Positions 7,175 to 16,719 of a stretch of DNA of 43,808 nt are shown here, piece after piece. The stretch is from contig JAVCBZ010000051.1 in assembly GCA_030765735.1 (NCBI GenBank), positions 1 to 43,808 on the forward strand, read 5' to 3'. The DNA is from Candidatus Susulua stagnicola (lineage in GTDB: Bacteria; Omnitrophota; Gorgyraeia; Duberdicusellales; 4484-171). The notes under the pieces are model-generated. The model was not told the origin of the DNA. It worked only from the letters and a program-made list of their open reading frames with translations, and searched no databases. Numbering within the stretch: position 1 is the first letter of the stretch; each line of letters opens with the position of its first letter. A program made the translations under genes and the position numbers.

Positions 7175-7780
7175 ATGAAGAATAAAGATAAAAAGAATAA
7201 GGATGCCAAGGATAAAGACCTAAAGGATAAAGACCTAAAGGAAAAAGACTTAAAGGAAAAGGATATTAATAATAAAGACATCAAGATAGAAGATAAGATT
7301 AAACCGGTTGAAGAAAAGCAAAGTTATCAAGAGCTTTGGGACAAGTATGTTAGGCTTGGAGCTGAGTTTGACAATTATAAGAAAAGATCATTCAAAGAGA
7401 AGATTGATTTTATGAAATTTGCCAATGAAGGGCTTATTGTTGAACTTTTAAGTATTTTGGATAATTTTGAAAGAGGCATAAAATCAGTTGAAACCAAAAA
7501 AGATTATGATCTTTTGCATCAAGGCGTGGATATGATTTCTAAACAGTTACATAGCTTGCTTGAGACTAAGGGTTTAAGCAGAATAAAAGCGGTTGGACAG
7601 AAGTTTGACCCTCATCAGCATGAGGCTGTTGAAGTAGTAGATGGAGATGATGAAGGTACTGTTATTGAAGAATTACAATCAGGTTATTTGCTCAGTGGAC
7701 GAATTATTAGACCGGCAAAGGTAAAGGTTGCAAAAGTTAAACAGACAAATGAGGAAGATAATGAGAATAAGGATGAATGA
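7175..7780 (+). CDS. grpE: Nucleotide exchange factor GrpE with a Lys/Asp-rich repeat N-terminus
   Basis: YVRLGAEFDNYKKR...ILDNFERG...FDPHQHEAV...GYLLSGRIIRPAKVKV. Confidence 0.9.
   Translation: MKNKDKKNKDAKDKDLKDKDLKEKDLKEKDINNKDIKIEDKIKPVEEKQSYQELWDKYVRLGAEFDNYKKRSFKEKIDFMKFANEGLIVELLSILDNFERGIKSVETKKDYDLLHQGVDMISKQLHSLLETKGLSRIKAVGQKFDPHQHEAVEVVDGDDEGTVIEELQSGYLLSGRIIRPAKVKVAKVKQTNEEDNENKDE
7208..7267 (+). repeat. Four tandem 15-nt units (AAGGATAAAGACCTA x2, then two degenerate copies) in the grpE 5' end
   Basis: Read directly from the sequence. They encode KDKDL-KDKDL-KEKDL-KEKDI. Confidence 0.85.
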
Positions 7781-7846
7781 GTAGATGAGTGAAAACTCAT
7801 ATACTCATCCGCTGATTAACTCATACAAATTAAAAAAAGGAGAAAC

Positions 7847-9772
7847 ATGGCAAAAGTAATAGGAATCGATTTAGGAACATCAAATTCATCAGCAGCCGTA
7901 ATGGAAGGCGGTAGGCCGAGCATTATCCCTTCAGCTGAAGGTGCTGGGGTTGCAAGCGGTAAAGCTTTTCCTTCAGTAGTTTCTTTCACAAAGGATGGTC
8001 AACGATTAGTTGGCGAACCAGCAAAAAGACAAGCAGCAGTTAACCCTGAAGGTACTGTTCTAGCTGCTAAAAGAAAGATTGGAACAGATTTTAAATTTAA
8101 TGTTTATGGAAATGAATATACGCCTCAGCAAATTTCAGCATTTATTTTACAAAAGATAAAAGCTGATGCTGAAAGCTATCTTGGTGATACAGTTAAGGAT
8201 GCAGTTATTACTGTGCCAGCTTATTTTAATGACAATCAAAGACAAGCAACCAAGGATGCTGGCGCAATTGCTGGTTTGAATGTACTTAGAATTATCAATG
8301 AGCCCACAGCAGCTTGTCTAGCTTATGGATTAAACAAAGTAGGTAAAGAGTTAAAAATCATGGTATTTGACTTTGGTGGTGGAACGCTAGATGTTACTGT
8401 AATGGAAATGTGGTCAGAAGGGGGCTTTAAAGTTTTGGCAACTCATGGAGATACTCATCTTGGTGGAACTGATATGGATAATACTTTGATTGATTACATA
8501 GCAGAAGATTTTAAAAACCAATCGGGGATAGATTTAAGAAAGGATAAGATGGCAATGCAAAGATTGCGTGAAGCTGCTGAGAAAGCAAAAATAGAACTTT
8601 CTAGCACTCTTGCTACAGACATCAACTTACCTTTTATAACTGCTGATTCTAATGGGCCTAAGCATCTTACTATGACAATAAACAGGGCTAAAGTAGAAGA
8701 ATTAGTAATGGCAATAGTTAGTAAGTGCAAAACACCATTGGAAAGTGCTATGAAAGATGCTAAACTTTCCGCTGCTGATATTGATAAGGTTATTATGGTA
8801 GGTGGACCTACTCGAATGCCAATTGTCCAGAAGTTTGTTGAAGATTATGTTGGCAAGAAAATTGAGCGGGGTATAGATCCAATGGAGTGTGTTTCAATGG
8901 GGGCAGCAGTTCAGGCATCAATAATTACTGGAGACACTAAAGATGTTCTTCTATTGGATGTTACTCCACTTTCCTTAGGTATAGAGACATTAGGGGGAGT
9001 ATTTACTAAGCTTATCGATAGAAATACTACTATTCCTACTAAGAAAAGCCAGATTTTTTCAACTGCAGAAGATAATCAGCCAGCAGTAACAATTAGAGCA
9101 TTGCAGGGAGAAAGACAGATGGCAACGGATAATACTGAACTAGGTAGGTTTGATTTAGTTGGTATACCAGCTGCTACTCGTGGTGTTCCTCAGATTGAAG
9201 TTACCTTTGATATAGATACTAATGGTATAGTCCATGTACATGCTAAGGATAAGGGAACCGGGAAAGAGCAGTCCATAAAAATAACTGCACCTGATAAACT
9301 GTCTGATGATGACATTGAGAAAATGGTTAAGGAAGCTGAAAAGTTTGCTGAAGATGACAAAACTAAAAAAGAAAGCGTTGAGTTAAGGAATAAGGCTGAT
9401 ACAGCAGTTTATTCTACTGAGAAATCGTTAAAAGATTTTGGAGATAAAGTATCAGATGATGATAAGAAAAAGATCCAGGAAAAATTGGATATTCTAAAAG
9501 AAATACTTAAAAAGTCTGATGTTGGTAAAGAAGAAATTCAAAAAGCCTTAGATGAGCTTACTCAAGCATCACATAAATTAGCTGAGCAAATCTATAAGGC
9601 AAGCGCTGAAGCTAATAAAGATCAAACAGCAGGCGCTGAAGCTAATAAAGATCAAGCAGCAGGTGCTGGGCAACAAGGTCCAGAGGCTGAAGCAACACAA
9701 CCAGGAAATCAAGAAAATAAACCTGGGCCAGATGATGTTGTTGATGCTGAGTACAAAGAAGAGGGTAAGTAG
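7847..9772 (+). CDS. dnaK: Molecular chaperone DnaK (Hsp70)
   Basis: [19 protein letters not shown] and the full Hsp70 architecture. GGAG RBS. Confidence 0.98.
   Translation: MAKVIGIDLGTSNSSAAVMEGGRPSIIPSAEGAGVASGKAFPSVVSFTKDGQRLVGEPAKRQAAVNPEGTVLAAKRKIGTDFKFNVYGNEYTPQQISAFILQKIKADAESYLGDTVKDAVITVPAYFNDNQRQATKDAGAIAGLNVLRIINEPTAACLAYGLNKVGKELKIMVFDFGGGTLDVTVMEMWSEGGFKVLATHGDTHLGGTDMDNTLIDYIAEDFKNQSGIDLRKDKMAMQRLREAAEKAKIELSSTLATDINLPFITADSNGPKHLTMTINRAKVEELVMAIVSKCKTPLESAMKDAKLSAADIDKVIMVGGPTRMPIVQKFVEDYVGKKIERGIDPMECVSMGAAVQASIITGDTKDVLLLDVTPLSLGIETLGGVFTKLIDRNTTIPTKKSQIFSTAEDNQPAVTIRALQGERQMATDNTELGRFDLVGIPAATRGVPQIEVTFDIDTNGIVHVHAKDKGTGKEQSIKITAPDKLSDDDIEKMVKEAEKFAEDDKTKKESVELRNKADTAVYSTEKSLKDFGDKVSDDDKKKIQEKLDILKEILKKSDVGKEEIQKALDELTQASHKLAEQIYKASAEANKDQTAGAEANKDQAAGAGQQGPEAEATQPGNQENKPGPDDVVDAEYKEEGK
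9603..9662 (+). repeat. 30-nt tandem duplication in the DnaK C-terminal tail
   Basis: GCGCTGAAGCTAATAAAGATCAA(A/G)CAGCAG occurs twice with one mismatch, encoding [20 protein letters not shown]. Confidence 0.9.
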
Positions 9773-9788
9773 TTAAGTCATAAATCAT

Positions 9789-9830
9789 AACCTATAATTC
9801 ATAGATATACTTTATGGATTATAGGTTTTA
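9789..9830 (+). terminator. AT-rich hairpin after dnaK (possible attenuating terminator before dnaJ)
   Basis: AACCTATAAT...ATTATAGGTT (10-bp arms) followed by TTT. Confidence 0.5.
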
Positions 9831-9856
9831 AATTAGGAATTGGTGAAGCTTTAGTA

Positions 9857-10948
9857 ATGAGTGCCACAAAAGATTATTATGATATTTTGGGATTGGTTAA
9901 AGGTGCTGGTGATGAAGAAATTAAAAAATCCTATCGGCAATTAGCCATGAAACATCACCCTGATCGGGTTGAATCTAGCAAGAAGAAAGAAGCTGAGGAG
10001 AAATTTAAAAAAATTTCTGAAGCTTATGCTGTTTTAAGTGACCCTCAGAAAAAACAACTTTATGATCAATATGGTCATGCTGGAATTGATTCCCGCTATA
10101 CTACTGAAGATATTTTTCGAGGTACAGACTTTTCAAGCTTTTTTGGTGGTGGTGGAGGAGGAATAAGCGATATCATTGACCAGCTTTTCGGTGGTTCTGG
10201 GTTTAGTAGTTCGGGAAGAGGCAGTCGGAGAAGAGCTGGCGAAGATATGCAACTTCAAGTAAATATAACTCTAGAAGATGTAAGTATTGGGGTAGAAAAA
10301 AATATTACTTTTAATCGTTATGACCAATGTGGAGCTTGTAAGGGTAGTGGTGCTGAGCCTGGATCATCAAAAGAAACTTGTACAACCTGTAGAGGTTCTG
10401 GACAAGTTCGTGCTGGTTTAGGAGGGTTTATAAATTTTGCTCAAGCTTGCCCAAGTTGTGGCGGAGAAGGAAAAGTTATTAAAAATCCTTGTCGGGCTTG
10501 TTCTGGCCAAGGAATAAAAGCTGGTAGTAAAAAACTTCAAGTTAGTATTCCTAAAGGGGTAGATACTGGGTCAATCTTAAGATTAAAAAGTGAGGGAAAT
10601 TTTGGTGATGGCGGCAGAGGTGACGTATATGTTTATATAAATGTTCGTCCTCATGCTACATTTGCAAGAGATAGAGATAATATTCATTGTAAGGTTAAGA
10701 TAGGAGCGCTACAAGCCGTTTTAGGTACTGAGATAGATGTTCCGACTTTGTATGGAAAAGTTGAAATGAAAATTCCAGCAGGTACTCAACCTAGTACAGT
10801 GTTTAGATTAAAAAATAAAGGAGTTACTAATTTACGTAGTAGGCGTATTGGTGATGAGCTAGTAGTAGTTGAAATAAACATACCGACAAAATTATCTTAT
10901 CAAGAGAAGAAATTATTTAAGGAATTAGCAAAGTTGCGAAATCGATAG
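9857..10948 (+). CDS. dnaJ: Co-chaperone DnaJ
   Basis: J-domain (DYYDILGL...HPD), a G/F-rich region and four CxxCxGxG zinc motifs. Confidence 0.95.
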   Translation: MSATKDYYDILGLVKGAGDEEIKKSYRQLAMKHHPDRVESSKKKEAEEKFKKISEAYAVLSDPQKKQLYDQYGHAGIDSRYTTEDIFRGTDFSSFFGGGGGGISDIIDQLFGGSGFSSSGRGSRRRAGEDMQLQVNITLEDVSIGVEKNITFNRYDQCGACKGSGAEPGSSKETCTTCRGSGQVRAGLGGFINFAQACPSCGGEGKVIKNPCRACSGQGIKAGSKKLQVSIPKGVDTGSILRLKSEGNFGDGGRGDVYVYINVRPHATFARDRDNIHCKVKIGALQAVLGTEIDVPTLYGKVEMKIPAGTQPSTVFRLKNKGVTNLRSRRIGDELVVVEINIPTKLSYQEKKLFKELAKLRNR

Positions 10949-10977
10949 TAAAGAAGTATAATCTATAGGAGAGTAGA

Positions 10978-11280
10978 ATGCCAACGTATGAATATCAATG
11001 TTTAAACTGTAATATTAATTTTGAAGCTTTTCAAAAAATGAGTGATGAAGCTCTTAAAGAATGTCCTCAATGCCATGGCAAGGTAAAGAGATTGATTAGT
11101 TCTGGCGCAGGAATAATTTTCAAGGGCAAAGGGTTTTATGCTACCGATTACAAAAAGTCTAGTGCATCTGATGCAAAGACAGAAGTAAATCCCGTTAAAG
11201 AAAGTCCTCCCTCTAACGGGATAAATGCCCCTTGTTCAGGGTGCGATCAATCTGCATGTAAAGAAAAAAACAAGGAGTAG
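10978..11280 (+). CDS. FmdB-family zinc-ribbon protein (CxxC_CxxC_SSSS)
   Basis: MPTYEYQCLNCNINFEAFQKMSD...CPQCHGKVKRLISS is the family signature. Confidence 0.8.
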   Translation: MPTYEYQCLNCNINFEAFQKMSDEALKECPQCHGKVKRLISSGAGIIFKGKGFYATDYKKSSASDAKTEVNPVKESPPSNGINAPCSGCDQSACKEKNKE

Positions 11281-11282
11281 TT

Positions 11283-12482
11283 ATGAAGTCTTTTGTGGTT
11301 AAGCCTTTTTGTGCAACTTATTATAACCCTTCAACTACTAAAAATTATTCGAATGTTATTTGTCCTCCCTATGATGTTATTAATTCAAAACAATTAAGTC
11401 TTTTAAGAAAGAAATCTCCTTATAATTTTTCTCATATCCTTCTTGCTGATAAGAATAATTACCAAGAAAAAGGTTCTTTGTTAAAGAAATGGGTTAAGCA
11501 GGGAGTATTGGTTGATGATGAGGACGAAAGTTATTATCTTTATGAGCAAAAATTTAGCGTTGAAGGTAAAACTTTTATGCGTTTTGGTCTCCTGTCTCTG
11601 TTGCAAATGGATGGAAAAGGTATTTTTCCTCATGAGCATACTTTGAGCGCGCCTAAAGTAGATAGAAAAAAAATCATAAAAGCAACTAAGGCTAATTTGA
11701 GTCCGATATTTATTATTGCCAGTAAGCGTTTAGAAGAGTTTGCAAAGGTTTACAAAATTTATTCTAAGAAGAAACCTTTGTTTGAATTTAAGGATAGCGA
11801 TAATAATCCAAATCGGGTGTGGAAAATATCTGACAAGAAACATATAACTGAACTTGGTAAAGCAATAAATAAATGTCAGCTAACTATAGCTGATGGCCAT
11901 CATCGCTTTGAGATAAGCTATGATTATTTTAAAAAGAATAAGAATAAATTTAAAGATCTTAATTGCGTTTTAGCCTATGTTACAGATTGCCAAAATGGCT
12001 TAAATATCATGCCTACTCATAGAGTAGTTACAATGGAGACTAAAGACAAAGAGTTTTTTGAAAAATTAGATCAATATTTTAAGATTGAGAAGGTTGCTCA
12101 AAGTGGTCTTGCCAAGAAATTAAAAAGCTATTCTGGATTTAATTTAGGAATTTGTAAGAAAGGTGAGTGTTATTTTTTAAGTTTAAAGAATAAGTCGACT
12201 TTAAATAAAATACCTAATAAATTATATCGAGAGCTTGATACTTATCTCTTGCATCAATTAGTTTTACCTTTATTTAAAACTAAAGGTGCAATCGAGTATA
12301 CTCATAGTCTTGGTGAAGCAAAAAAAATGGCTGCTAAGGGTAAAGTTGCGTTTATACTAAGAGCTGTGCCTTTAGAAGCTGTATTTAAAATAGCAAGTCA
12401 GGGTTTTAGGTTGCCCCAGAAGTCAACATATTTTTATCCAAAGGTTGCTTCAGGGGTTATAATAAGGAGGTTTAAACCTTGA
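11283..12482 (+). CDS. DUF1015 family protein
   Basis: PPYDVI near the N-terminus, ADGHHR in the centre, and ~400 aa. Confidence 0.7.
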   Translation: MKSFVVKPFCATYYNPSTTKNYSNVICPPYDVINSKQLSLLRKKSPYNFSHILLADKNNYQEKGSLLKKWVKQGVLVDDEDESYYLYEQKFSVEGKTFMRFGLLSLLQMDGKGIFPHEHTLSAPKVDRKKIIKATKANLSPIFIIASKRLEEFAKVYKIYSKKKPLFEFKDSDNNPNRVWKISDKKHITELGKAINKCQLTIADGHHRFEISYDYFKKNKNKFKDLNCVLAYVTDCQNGLNIMPTHRVVTMETKDKEFFEKLDQYFKIEKVAQSGLAKKLKSYSGFNLGICKKGECYFLSLKNKSTLNKIPNKLYRELDTYLLHQLVLPLFKTKGAIEYTHSLGEAKKMAAKGKVAFILRAVPLEAVFKIASQGFRLPQKSTYFYPKVASGVIIRRFKP

Positions 12483-13318
12483 GGATATTCAAGAAACCTT
12501 TTGGTGATAATCCTAATAAGAAAAGAAAAAGTATTCCTGAAGGGCTATGGAGTAAATGCTCTAAGTGCTCTCATTTAATTTTTAGTAAAAGTTTAAGAGA
12601 AAATTTAAAAGTTTGTCCTAAATGTGATTATCATTTTCCTATTACTTGTTGGCACAGGATAGATTTACTTGTTGATCCTAATAGCTTTATCGAATTAGCT
12701 GGAAATTTAGATTCTGTTGATTCTTTAAAATTTTCTGGACCGAAGACTTATCAACAAAAATTAGAAGAAGCAAAAGAACAAACTGGATTAAAATCCGCTG
12801 CAATTGTTGGCGAAGCTAAGCTTGATAATAAAGAAATATCTTTAGCTGTTACGGATTCTCGTTTTATTATGGGTTCAATGGGGTCAGTGGTTGGAGAAAA
12901 GATCACTATTATCATTGAGAACGCTTTAGCTAAAAAGACGCCATTGATAATTATCTCTGGATCAGGTGGCGGTGCTAGAATGTATGAAGGTATGTTAAGT
13001 CTTATGCAAATGGCAAAAACTAGTGGAGCGTTGTCTTGTCTTAAGAAGGGGAATGTGCCATTTATTTCTGTCTTAACCCATCCAACCATGGCTGGGATAA
13101 TGGCTTCATTTGCTGGGTTAGGAGATATTACTATTGCCGAACCTGGTGCCTTGATTGGTTTTACTGGTCCAAGAGTGATAAAACAAACGATAAAACAGGA
13201 TTTACCTAAAGGATTTCAAACTTCGGAATTCAATTTAGAACATGGGCTTATAGATTTAGTCGTACATAGGAAAGAATTAAGAGCCACTATTTCAAAGTTA
13301 ATATATTATTTGACTTAA
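12479..13318 (+). CDS. accD: Acetyl-CoA carboxylase carboxyltransferase beta subunit
   Basis: N-terminal Zn ribbon CSKCSHLI...CPKCDYH, then GSMGSVVGEK and SGGARM. TTG start 8 nt after AAGGAGG. Confidence 0.9.
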   Translation: MRIFKKPFGDNPNKKRKSIPEGLWSKCSKCSHLIFSKSLRENLKVCPKCDYHFPITCWHRIDLLVDPNSFIELAGNLDSVDSLKFSGPKTYQQKLEEAKEQTGLKSAAIVGEAKLDNKEISLAVTDSRFIMGSMGSVVGEKITIIIENALAKKTPLIIISGSGGGARMYEGMLSLMQMAKTSGALSCLKKGNVPFISVLTHPTMAGIMASFAGLGDITIAEPGALIGFTGPRVIKQTIKQDLPKGFQTSEFNLEHGLIDLVVHRKELRATISKLIYYLT

Positions 13319-13346
13319 ACTTAGTTTAAAATTATAATTTTAGCTT

Positions 13347-14450
13347 ATGGCAGAAGTAAAATTAAAAAACATAAATAAAGTCTATAAGGGTGATATCTTA
13401 GCCGTTCGAGATATAAATCTTGATATTAAAGATCGAGAATTTGTAGTTTTTGTTGGTCCTTCTGGTTGCGGAAAATCTACTACCTTAAGAATGATAGCTG
13501 GCCTAGAAACTGCTTCTAAGGGAGAGGTTTATATCGGGGATAGATTAGTTAACGATATACCACCTAAAGATCGTAATATTGCTATGGTTTTTCAAGATTA
13601 CGCTCTATATCCGCATATGGATGTTTACGATAACATGTCTTTTGCTTTAAAATTACGTAATTATCCAAAAAAAGATATTGATAAACGGGTAAAAGATGCT
13701 GCTGAAATTTTAGGTATTAGCCACTTAATCAATAGGAGACCGAGAGACATCTCTGGTGGTGAGCGTCAAAGGGTTGCTGTGGGTAGAGCTATTGTAAGGA
13801 AGCCTTGTGTTTTTCTTTTTGATGAACCTTTAAGCAATTTGGATGCTAAGATGCGAGTGCAAATGCGTACTGAAATTCATAAGTTACATTTAAAAATTCA
13901 GACTACAATGATTTATGTTACTCACGATCAGACTGAAGCCATGACTTTAGGGAATCGCATTGCTGTTATGAGAGATGGTAAGATTTTACAATTCGATAAC
14001 CCCTTGAATGTTTATAATAATCCGGTAAGTAAATTTGTTGGCGGGTTTATTGGCTCGCCTCCAATGAATTTTATAAACGGAAATATTATTAAAAAAGATG
14101 GTAGTTTGTATTTCAACGAAGGTAGCTTTAAAGTAAAAGTATTAGAACAGATGTATCCAGAATTAGAAAAGTATATTGGTAAAAAAATTATTTTTGGCAT
14201 TCGTCCAGAAAATATATATGATAAACTTTTTGCTTCATATTCAACAGCTGATAATACTTTAATGGCTTTTTGTGATGTTATAGAAACAATGGGTTCAAAA
14301 AACCATCTTTATCTTTCTGTCGGGAGTCATACTATTATTGCAGTGGTTAATGCTTCAAATAAGCCTACTATTGGTAGTACTGTAGAGGTAGTTTTTGACA
14401 TGAAAAAGGTTCATTTTTTTAACCCTTCAACAGAATATACTATTGTATAA
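13347..14450 (+). CDS. Carbohydrate-type ABC importer ATPase (MalK/UgpC/MsmK-like), orphan
   Basis: Walker A GPSGCGKST, signature SGGERQR, Walker B FLFDEPLS, and a C-terminal TOBE-like domain. No permease or binding-protein gene is adjacent. Confidence 0.85.
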   Translation: MAEVKLKNINKVYKGDILAVRDINLDIKDREFVVFVGPSGCGKSTTLRMIAGLETASKGEVYIGDRLVNDIPPKDRNIAMVFQDYALYPHMDVYDNMSFALKLRNYPKKDIDKRVKDAAEILGISHLINRRPRDISGGERQRVAVGRAIVRKPCVFLFDEPLSNLDAKMRVQMRTEIHKLHLKIQTTMIYVTHDQTEAMTLGNRIAVMRDGKILQFDNPLNVYNNPVSKFVGGFIGSPPMNFINGNIIKKDGSLYFNEGSFKVKVLEQMYPELEKYIGKKIIFGIRPENIYDKLFASYSTADNTLMAFCDVIETMGSKNHLYLSVGSHTIIAVVNASNKPTIGSTVEVVFDMKKVHFFNPSTEYTIV

Positions 14451-15699
14451 TCCTTTTACTTCTATAATTTTATTTTCTATTATTGCCATTATTTTTAGTT
14501 TTCTCCTTTTGGGTAAAATTAACCTCACAATATTTTTCTTATCAATCCTAGTTGTTGGAATATCATTTTTTATTTTTTATAAATTAAAGTTAGGTTTATT
14601 AGCTCGAAGCAAGAGTGAACTTGAAGCTGAAGAGGAGAAGATTAACCTTTTATCTGAAAACATTTCTGCTAAGAGAGAGGCTATGAAATTTCTTCCTCAA
14701 ATTCGTCGAAAAGCTATTTTTCTTTTTAATATTTCTCAAGGATTAATCGAATTAACTAATCGTGATCAAATTCATGATTTTATTATTAATGCATTAGGTG
14801 AGCTTTTTCCTCAAGCCGATAGTATATTGTATTTTAGTTTTGATAAGGAGAAAGACTCCTTAACTTTGCTACGTTCCCTAAAGCGCAAATATTCATTAAT
14901 TAAAGAAAAGAAGGGGGGGACTATAGATAAATGGGTATTGCGTCAAAATCGTTCTTTATTAATTGAAGACTTAACTAAAGATTTTCGTTTTGATGTGAAT
15001 AGCCTTGCAGCCTACAATGATCGCGGTGCGCAATCTTTTATTATTAGTCCGCTTTCTATAGGACGTCGTATTTTAGGTGTTGTTAGAGTTGAGAGTGGTA
15101 TACCATCAAATTTCACCCTTGATGATTTACGTTTTTTACGTAATATTTGTGATTTAGGGACTGTAGCTCTAGAAAGAGCTAATCTTTTTGCCAAAGCACA
15201 AGATTTAGCAATAAAGGATTCATTAACGACTCTATATTTAAGAGAATATTTCTTTAAGCGAATGGAAGAAGAACTTAATCAAGCTCGGGCTAAAGGAAGT
15301 AAGGTAGGAGTTATTATGCTCGATATTGATGACTTTAAAAAGATTAATGACAACTATGGGCACATTGTTGGAGATTTTGTATTGAAGAGACTGGCTAGAA
15401 TCTTAATCAATGTTGTTGGAGGAGGAGGTAATATTGTTTGTCGTTTTGGTGGTGAAGAATTTATTATTTCGATTCCTGAATGTAAGGAAAAAGAACTATT
15501 AGCTATTGGAGATGAAATTCGTAAAAAAATCGAAGGAGCTGGTTTGACTTTTCGACGGAAAAAAATAAATTTTACAGTTTCTCTAGGAGCTATACTTGCT
15601 CCCGATGAAGATGAAGATACTAAAAAGTTAATTCGTAGAGTAGACAAATTACTATATAAAGCAAAAAAAGAAGGAAAAAATAAATTATGTTTTTCTTAA
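14443..15699 (+). CDS. Membrane-anchored GAF-GGDEF diguanylate cyclase
   Basis: Two N-terminal TM helices, a coiled coil and a GAF-like middle, with an active-site RFGGEEF. No RxxD I-site upstream (GGGN instead). The start (TTG 14443) is uncertain. Confidence 0.8.
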   Translation: MYNPFTSIILFSIIAIIFSFLLLGKINLTIFFLSILVVGISFFIFYKLKLGLLARSKSELEAEEEKINLLSENISAKREAMKFLPQIRRKAIFLFNISQGLIELTNRDQIHDFIINALGELFPQADSILYFSFDKEKDSLTLLRSLKRKYSLIKEKKGGTIDKWVLRQNRSLLIEDLTKDFRFDVNSLAAYNDRGAQSFIISPLSIGRRILGVVRVESGIPSNFTLDDLRFLRNICDLGTVALERANLFAKAQDLAIKDSLTTLYLREYFFKRMEEELNQARAKGSKVGVIMLDIDDFKKINDNYGHIVGDFVLKRLARILINVVGGGGNIVCRFGGEEFIISIPECKEKELLAIGDEIRKKIEGAGLTFRRKKINFTVSLGAILAPDEDEDTKKLIRRVDKLLYKAKKEGKNKLCFS

Positions 15700-16658
15700 T
15701 AGTAATTGTTTTGCTATTTTTAATGTTTTTATCAGAGGAGCATAAGTCTTTTAAAAGGCTTAAGGAAAAGTGTGAAAATGATATGGAAACGGTGTCTCAA
15801 AGTTATCTTGATTTAAAAAAAGAGCAAAAGAAATTAAAGAATCAGTTTAGTCGTTTAGAGGACAGCTTGCCTGAACGTTTCTTATTTTATGACTTAACAA
15901 GGAAAATCGCTCCAGTTTTAGACAAGGAAGAATTGTTTAGTTCTTTTGCTGAAGAGATAAAACGTCTTGGTAGGGTGGATATAGTCAGGTTTACTAGGTC
16001 AGGTAATAATGATAAAGGAGTTTTGAAATTTGAATTAGATGATTTTGGCGAGGATATTTTAGAGGTGGGCACAAAATCGAAGAATGCAATTGAATATATG
16101 TCGTATTTCGTAAAACTTTTAAGATTATGTTTAGAAAGAATAAAGCTTTATAATGAGCTACAAGAATTGTCTATTCTTGATTCTTTGACAAAAGTATATA
16201 ATCGCCGATACTTTATGGGACGATATAGAGCTGAATTTCAACGAGCTGAAAAGTTTAAGTTAAATTTAGCATTTTTAATGTTTGATATTGATTATTTTAA
16301 AAAAGTTAATGATACTTATGGTCATTTAGTTGGTGATGCAGTTTTAAGGGAGGTGGCAAGAGTTATACAAGACAATTTACGCGAAATTGATTTTCTTGCT
16401 AGATTTGGGGGGGAAGAATTTGCAGTAATTTTACCAGAAACAGATAAGGCTAGCGCAATAATGGCTGCTGAGCGTATAAGCGCAAAGGTTTCTCGGGAGA
16501 GAATAATGGTTTTTGATGAAATCTTAGGTGTGAATGTGAGTGTAGGCGTAGCGACCTTTCCACAAAATTCTGTGCAGCCAGATGTTCTTAGTGAAATAGC
16601 TGATAAAGCCCTATACAAAGCTAAGCTTTCGGGAAGAAATAGAGTTTGTTGGTTTTAA
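15687..16658 (+). CDS. Membrane-anchored GGDEF diguanylate cyclase with an RxxD I-site
   Basis: One TM helix, a coiled coil, then REIDFLARFGGEEF (RxxD five residues before GGEEF). Overlaps the upstream cyclase gene by 13 nt. Confidence 0.8.
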   Translation: MFFLIVIVLLFLMFLSEEHKSFKRLKEKCENDMETVSQSYLDLKKEQKKLKNQFSRLEDSLPERFLFYDLTRKIAPVLDKEELFSSFAEEIKRLGRVDIVRFTRSGNNDKGVLKFELDDFGEDILEVGTKSKNAIEYMSYFVKLLRLCLERIKLYNELQELSILDSLTKVYNRRYFMGRYRAEFQRAEKFKLNLAFLMFDIDYFKKVNDTYGHLVGDAVLREVARVIQDNLREIDFLARFGGEEFAVILPETDKASAIMAAERISAKVSRERIMVFDEILGVNVSVGVATFPQNSVQPDVLSEIADKALYKAKLSGRNRVCWF

Positions 16659-16719
16659 TAATTAATTTTAGTTGAAATTTATAGTATTATGTGGATAATA
16701 GGTTATCAGGAAGACAAGT

